A DNA stretch of 11,594 nt from Campylobacterota bacterium (lineage in GTDB: Bacteria > Campylobacterota > Campylobacteria > Campylobacterales > Arcobacteraceae), in the NCBI GenBank assembly GCA_051746405.1, contig JBNJFB010000063.1:1-11594 (forward strand). Direction: 5' to 3'. This document shows positions 6,804 to 11,594 of the stretch, piece after piece (positions within the stretch are counted from its first letter, which is position 1; each line of letters begins with the position of its first letter). Below the pieces are notes generated by a model. It was not told where the DNA came from. It was given only the letters and a program-made list of their open reading frames with translations, and did not search any database. A program made the translations under genes and the position numbers.

Positions 6804-9800
6804 TTATTCATAGCTTATCTTTCCATAGAAGTCTATATTTACTTTTTTTGCTGAATTAGTTTTATTTAAAGTAATAAACAATCGTTTATCATCTTTTTTA
6901 TTAATAGGTTTTACTTCGATTTTATTATTTCCACCTGCAATATTTCCACCTCCATTAAACACAAAATATTTTTTTGTATTATCTTTTAGATTTTCTATTT
7001 CAAGTGAATCCCCTTTTTGAATAGTTACCTTATCATGAAAAGTTTCTATTAAATGTAGCTTTTTTTCGTTTATTTTAGTAGGAATATCATTTTTAATAGA
7101 TGAAAAATAGTTTAATCCTACCACTTGTCCTTTTTGTGTATTAACTAAATCTACATTTAGAGTACTATCATTTAGTTTAGCTACAAAAGGAGTTTTATTT
7201 AATTTCAAATTCTCATAAGTTTCAGTAGAAAGTCTTTGTACTCTATTTTTTTCACTCTTATCAGTGATTATAATACTATCTACTTTTGTGACACTTTTTG
7301 TCTTTACTTTGATATTTCGTATGATTTGTTTTTTAGCTTTTTTTGTCAAAAAATAGCATGGTTCATTTTGAATATCTTCTTGAGTTTTTTTCTCTTTTTC
7401 TAAAACTTCAATTTGCTTTTTTATTTCAAAAGTTTGTGGTGTATCTATATAGTTTTTTTTATTAGGTAGATTACTTTTTAGCTCTTTGATTTGCTTTTCA
7501 AAGTTTTTGATTTGTTTTCTTGTACTTAGAAGTTTTTCTTTGTAGTTTAAAATAGCTTCTTTTATATTGTTTTGTTTCGGTAAATCTAAAGCTTCTACTA
7601 AATCACTTACTCTTTTTTCAACTTCACTATCTTTTACATCTTTTCCATTTTGATCAAAAAGTAGATTTTTATCTACTGACTTTTTATCTATTTGATGAAA
7701 CTCTTTTTTATCTTTATCCCAATAAAGCTTTATATTTCCATCTTTAAAGCCTACTATGTTATTTCTTTTTTTAATCATAGGACAAACATAAAGCTCTTCA
7801 TTTTCATATTTTTTTACTTTTTGTTTTACAAAATCCACTAAAGACATTCCATCTTTTGTTTTTGGAAATCTCTCTTTTAGGTTTTCTAATATAACTTTTG
7901 TTTTATAGCCATTTTCATTTTGTTTAAAAAAGTCATTTAAAGCTTTTTTTGATGAAGAGTTTAAAAGAGAGATTACAATAGCATCTATAGTATGATGATA
8001 GTTTGTATCTCTATCTTTTTTATTACTTTCATTTTTAGGCTGTACTTTATTTATACCCCAAAGTCGTTTTAGTTCATTTATCGCTTTTCCTGTAACTCTT
8101 ACGACATTTAAGTTTGTATCTCCTTTTCCATATTCATTTTGTTTTGGATAAAGGTAGTGTTCTAAATAGTTTGCTATGATTTTTGTGGCACTTTTAGTGT
8201 CATTTAAAAACCTATCTTCAAGATTTTCTTTTTTCCAATTATTATTTATATTTTCTTCATCTGTTAGCCAAAATACTTTATTTTGATTATGTAGGGTCTC
8301 TTTTACTCTATCTTGAAAATTTTCCCACATATTGTTTGACTTTAGATAGCTTATTGGGTGTTTATCACTTTTGTTTTGATTATGTTTTTTTAGAACTAAG
8401 ATTTTATTTTTATATGAATTTATCCAAATTTTACTTCTTGGGATAAAATGCTCTACTTCTGTTTGTGTTTCATCCAAAGCTTCTTCTAAAGTAAGAGGTT
8501 CTCCACTGTATAAACACTTTGATTTTTGTTCTTTTAATAACCTTGCTCTTTCGATATTTTTACTACTAGATTTATAACCTTCTGCTAAAAGTAACTTTTC
8601 AGCTTCATTTATCTCTTTTTTACTTTGCTTTTGAGTCTCTTTTATTTTCTCTTTTTCTCTATCTGTATTTAAATCTCTTGATGTTTCTATAGTGATTTGA
8701 TCTATATTTCCATATCTTTTAATAATATCATTTACAAGTCTTCTTAAAATAGAGATTATTCTTTTTACATTTGGAGAAACTAAAGGCTGATAAAAGAGGT
8801 GTTCTCTTTTGAAATTAGAGATATTTTTTTCAAGCCACTTTATATCATCGAAAGATGGATTTAAAGGTGGTAAATAATCATAAGCTTTCATATCAAGGTA
8901 TTTTTTAAAATATCCTAATTCACTAAGACTATCATGATAGCTTTTTCCCTCTTTTAGTTTTTGTAAAATCTCATCTATAAATAGTAAAGAAAAAGAAGCA
9001 TAAGACTCTTTTGTACCTTTATCTACTTTTGAAAGCTTTACGATAACATCATCACTTAAAAGCTTTTGGGTATCTACTTTTTCTTTTATCTCTTTAACTA
9101 TTTGTTCTTTATTTACAAAATAGTGGATTTTTTCTAAGATTTTTGTATATAAATCTCTGTGTTTATCAAAAATATCTATATTTACATCTTTAAAGATTTG
9201 TAATAGCTGAGCATGTAGTTTTATATCTAAAATCGTATCATCTTGTTTTTGGGCTGTTTTTATTTTGATATTTTTTAGTCCAGCTTTATCAAATATATTT
9301 TTTGTATTGATAGTTTGAGTTGCTGGTTTTTTGAGCCAAAACTCTATAGTATTTTCAATTTCTTCTTTTGAAGGAGTAAAAATCTCTCCTGTTTTGCTAT
9401 TAAAAATCAAATTACCTAAAATAGAGTTTTCAATTCTTTGCCTAAGAGTAAGCTCTATACTTGAGATATGAGATTTAGAAACTCTTTTTTGTGCATTTTT
9501 GTGATGTGCATTGTAAAAACTACAATAACCCACCATACTTTCCATACTTTTTAAAGCCCTTTGCTCAAATTGCCCTAGAGAGTTTTCATTTACCCCATTT
9601 AAAAGCTTACTTTTAAAAGTTTCATATTTATTTATATCATCAAAAAGTTCTTTGTTTTCTTTTTGACTTTCAAGTAGCTTTTCTAACTCCTCTTGCCAAA
9701 GTTCTCTATCTAAAGAATTATTGTAATTATCTTTTTTATTTCTTATGGCTACATTTATGAAGTTATTTTTTTCAAGCTCTGCTTTTTTGTCTAACAATAC

Positions 9801-10301
9801 AAGAGAGGGGATAGCTAAATTATTTTGTAAATATTTTGATCTATTTTTTGAAATTGCTTCATTTATCACACCATCATCTTTTGAATCTTCTGCTTTAAAC
9901 TGATTTGAGTAACCTCTTCTTGAGATGATAGTATAAAGAGAAAATGTAAATTCATCTTTATTTAAATTTTTTCCAAGAACTGCTTGCTCCCTTAATAAAT
10001 ATGGATTTTGATTTTGAGAAAGTTTGTTAAAGTACTTTATAGGATTTGAGAGTATTGACCTATCAGCAAGATTAAAATCATATATTAGTTTTCTAACTAT
10101 CTGCTTTCGCCTACTATTTCTTTCATTTCTTCTTCGACCACTTCTAAAAGACCTTCTATCTTCTGCTTTTATATACTCACTAAAGATAATACTATTTGAA
10201 ACCATTTCATTGAATATTGTTTGTTCATTTTCTATATATATTTCATTTAAAGAAAAACCTATACTATTTGTACCTATATCTAAACCCAAAACCTTTTTCA
10301 T
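6804..10301 (-). CDS. cas9: Type II-C CRISPR RNA-guided endonuclease Cas9 (1165 aa)
   Basis: RuvC-I LGLDIGTNSIG (D8), Arg-rich bridge helix, RuvC-II ITIETSRD (E539), HNH KCLYSG...EVEHFIP (H618)...NKILV...NQNK, RuvC-III HHTIDA (H770/D773). No csn2 or cas4 in the locus, so II-C. Confidence 0.97.
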   Translation of the reverse strand: MKKVLGLDIGTNSIGFSLNEIYIENEQTIFNEMVSNSIIFSEYIKAEDRRSFRSGRRRNERNSRRKQIVRKLIYDFNLADRSILSNPIKYFNKLSQNQNPYLLREQAVLGKNLNKDEFTFSLYTIISRRGYSNQFKAEDSKDDGVINEAISKNRSKYLQNNLAIPSLVLLDKKAELEKNNFINVAIRNKKDNYNNSLDRELWQEELEKLLESQKENKELFDDINKYETFKSKLLNGVNENSLGQFEQRALKSMESMVGYCSFYNAHHKNAQKRVSKSHISSIELTLRQRIENSILGNLIFNSKTGEIFTPSKEEIENTIEFWLKKPATQTINTKNIFDKAGLKNIKIKTAQKQDDTILDIKLHAQLLQIFKDVNIDIFDKHRDLYTKILEKIHYFVNKEQIVKEIKEKVDTQKLLSDDVIVKLSKVDKGTKESYASFSLLFIDEILQKLKEGKSYHDSLSELGYFKKYLDMKAYDYLPPLNPSFDDIKWLEKNISNFKREHLFYQPLVSPNVKRIISILRRLVNDIIKRYGNIDQITIETSRDLNTDREKEKIKETQKQSKKEINEAEKLLLAEGYKSSSKNIERARLLKEQKSKCLYSGEPLTLEEALDETQTEVEHFIPRSKIWINSYKNKILVLKKHNQNKSDKHPISYLKSNNMWENFQDRVKETLHNQNKVFWLTDEENINNNWKKENLEDRFLNDTKSATKIIANYLEHYLYPKQNEYGKGDTNLNVVRVTGKAINELKRLWGINKVQPKNESNKKDRDTNYHHTIDAIVISLLNSSSKKALNDFFKQNENGYKTKVILENLKERFPKTKDGMSLVDFVKQKVKKYENEELYVCPMIKKRNNIVGFKDGNIKLYWDKDKKEFHQIDKKSVDKNLLFDQNGKDVKDSEVEKRVSDLVEALDLPKQNNIKEAILNYKEKLLSTRKQIKNFEKQIKELKSNLPNKKNYIDTPQTFEIKKQIEVLEKEKKTQEDIQNEPCYFLTKKAKKQIIRNIKVKTKSVTKVDSIIITDKSEKNRVQRLSTETYENLKLNKTPFVAKLNDSTLNVDLVNTQKGQVVGLNYFSSIKNDIPTKINEKKLHLIETFHDKVTIQKGDSLEIENLKDNTKKYFVFNGGGNIAGGNNKIEVKPINKKDDKRLFITLNKTNSAKKVNIDFYGKISYE

Positions 10302-10328
10302 TATAAACCTTTAAAATCTAAATATTCA

Positions 10329-10337
10329 ATTATAACA
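10329..10337 (-). promoter_or_regulatory. Extended -10 promoter (TGTTATAAT) of cas9
   Basis: Perfect TGnTATAAT about 28 nt upstream of the cas9 ATG; AAGG SD at 10308-10311. Confidence 0.7.
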
Positions 10338-10376
10338 TAAATAATTGATAAGTTTATAATAATTAATAATAAATTG

Positions 10377-10988
10377 TTATCCTATTCTATAAGTAATTTT
10401 ATGCATCTCAATAAGCTCTTTATAGTCTCCTTTATCAGCCTTTTTTAAAGCTTTGATATAATCACTTCTTTTTGGGTTTTCTTTTGCTAATAGATCTTCT
10501 TGCCAACGCACAGGCATTTTGTCATGTTGTCTTAAGTAGATATTTGCAAGCATTCTACTCCATCTACCATTTCCATTCTTAAAAGGATGAATTTGAACTG
10601 CTCTATGATGTATTCTAGTAGCACTTTCATAAATATCAAATGTTCGGTTCTTATTCCAATAAGCTATATCATCACATAAGTTTTTAAGTTCCATAGGAAC
10701 AAGATATGCTTTTACACCAATTGAAAGTTCAACTTGTCTTAAAACTCCAGCCCATTTCTATACATTACCAAACATCTCTTCGTGTAAATCCATCATCCAG
10801 TAATAAGTAAAAGGTGCTTCTTTTTTGCTTGGAGAAGAAGAAAGGTATTTTATAGTTGCTTTTGCTATATTTAATGCTTCTTGTTCGTAAATCTCTTTTA
10901 AAGTGTATACCTTATCATTTGGTAATTTTAATCCAGATATATCATTAAGAGGTGTTGCATCATCTATAGGTTTTGTAGAGTCAATCAT
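10377..10988 (-). pseudogene. Fic-domain protein (mobile mystery protein B-like), interrupted by an in-frame TAG at 10758-10760
   Basis: ORFs 10758-11000 and 10377-10694 share a frame and read through as ...MFGNV*KWAGVLRQVELSIGVKAYLVPMELKNL...; canonical Fic motif HPFKNGNGRWSR at 10554-10589. Likely start at 10988 (TAATG overlap with the upstream gene), giving ~203 aa if intact. Confidence 0.88.
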
Positions 10989-11368
10989 TATGCCACCCAA
11001 AGTCTATTTTTATATTGCCCTGTTAAAAACTCTTTTTCAAAATTATCAATAATCTTTTCAAGAGAGTTCTTTTCTAAACCTTGCATTTCTAAAGCAGATG
11101 TACTTTGAACAAGTGATGCCATAAATAAAGCTTTCTCTTTTGCTCTTCTCTTTTTAAGTTCCCTAATAGACAATGTCTCATTTCCTGCAAAATCTAAGCC
11201 TATTATATTTGTTATTTTTTCAAGAGTACTTAACCTTACATCATCACCTGCAAAAAAACGATTTAAAGTTCTTATGCCTACACCACTTAATTTAGCTAAG
11301 TTCTCAATAGAAATATCTAATTCTTGTTTTCGATTTTTTATTTTAGTAATCAGTTCTATTCTTGTCAT
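10988..11368 (-). CDS. XRE/Cro-type HTH regulator (mobile mystery protein A-like), putative Fic partner/antitoxin
   Basis: N-terminal HTH (ISIENLAKLSGVGIRTLNRF...RLSTLEKI) and C-terminal RRAKEKA...VQSTSALEMQGL; coupled to the Fic gene by TAATG. Confidence 0.8.
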   Translation of the reverse strand: MTRIELITKIKNRKQELDISIENLAKLSGVGIRTLNRFFAGDDVRLSTLEKITNIIGLDFAGNETLSIRELKKRRAKEKALFMASLVQSTSALEMQGLEKNSLEKIIDNFEKEFLTGQYKNRLWVA

Positions 11369-11385
11369 AACTAACCCTTTTTTAT

Positions 11386-11415
11386 ATTATGCCACAAATG
11401 ACATACTATAATCAA
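11386..11415 (-). promoter_or_regulatory. Putative promoter of the HTH-Fic operon with an overlapping palindromic operator
   Basis: The - strand reads TTGATT-N18-CATAAT with a TGn extension. The imperfect palindrome TATGCCA-CAAA-TGACATA (11388-11405) overlaps the -10. Confidence 0.55.
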
Positions 11416-11594
11416 TATACCTATATTACCCAAATCCTGACAAGAAATAAAAAATCTCCTAAATATAATAAAAATTTGATTTTTAGATAAAAAATTTTCT
11501 AAAACTCTATATATAATGTAAAAAAACATTCTCTATTAGTAAACTTTTTATATGATCTTAGTTTTTTAAGTAATTTTTGTTAATTTTAGACAAT

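Noticed and set aside
8448..8453. HNH 'EH' instead of 'DH' as a sign of an inactive Cas9
   Set aside because: The catalytic His, both downstream Asn residues and all RuvC residues are present, and Glu at this position occurs in other II-C Cas9 sequences.
10024..10314. 96-aa ORF on the + strand
   Set aside because: Antisense to cas9 RuvC-I and the bridge helix; its hydrophobic look comes from complementing A-rich codons.
10377..11000. Two separate small genes (105 aa and 80 aa) as given in the ORF track
   Set aside because: Same frame, and the intervening codons encode the WAG-x-x-R segment, so this is one interrupted Fic gene.

Overview
Very AT-rich window, probably from a Campylobacterota (Arcobacteraceae-like) chromosome; the taxonomy is inferred from gene content and promoter style. 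The left 4 kb is housekeeping: a LysE/RhtB exporter, a CcoG/FixG ferredoxin-type membrane protein and a two-component pair. The right 7.3 kb holds a complete type II-C CRISPR-Cas9 locus. It has an array of 20 x 36-bp repeats and 19 spacers (4132-5421) read on the + strand from repeat-internal extended -10 boxes, then cas2, cas1, a pseudoknot-type tracrRNA and a 1165-aa cas9, all on the - strand. Directly upstream of cas9 and co-oriented lies a translationally coupled HTH + Fic pair resembling 'mobile mystery proteins A/B'; its Fic gene is broken by one in-frame amber stop (apparent TGG>TAG). The most notable unexplained signals are: (i) an 11-bp exact match between the junction of the degenerate terminal repeat and the HTH-Fic promoter, either a module boundary or a candidate regulatory guide; (ii) a cis anti-repeat directly after the last repeat; (iii) the cas1 ribosome-binding site lying inside the tracrRNA pseudoknot; and (iv) an apparent coiled-coil insertion in the Cas9 C-terminal region. 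All are hypotheses from sequence inspection only.
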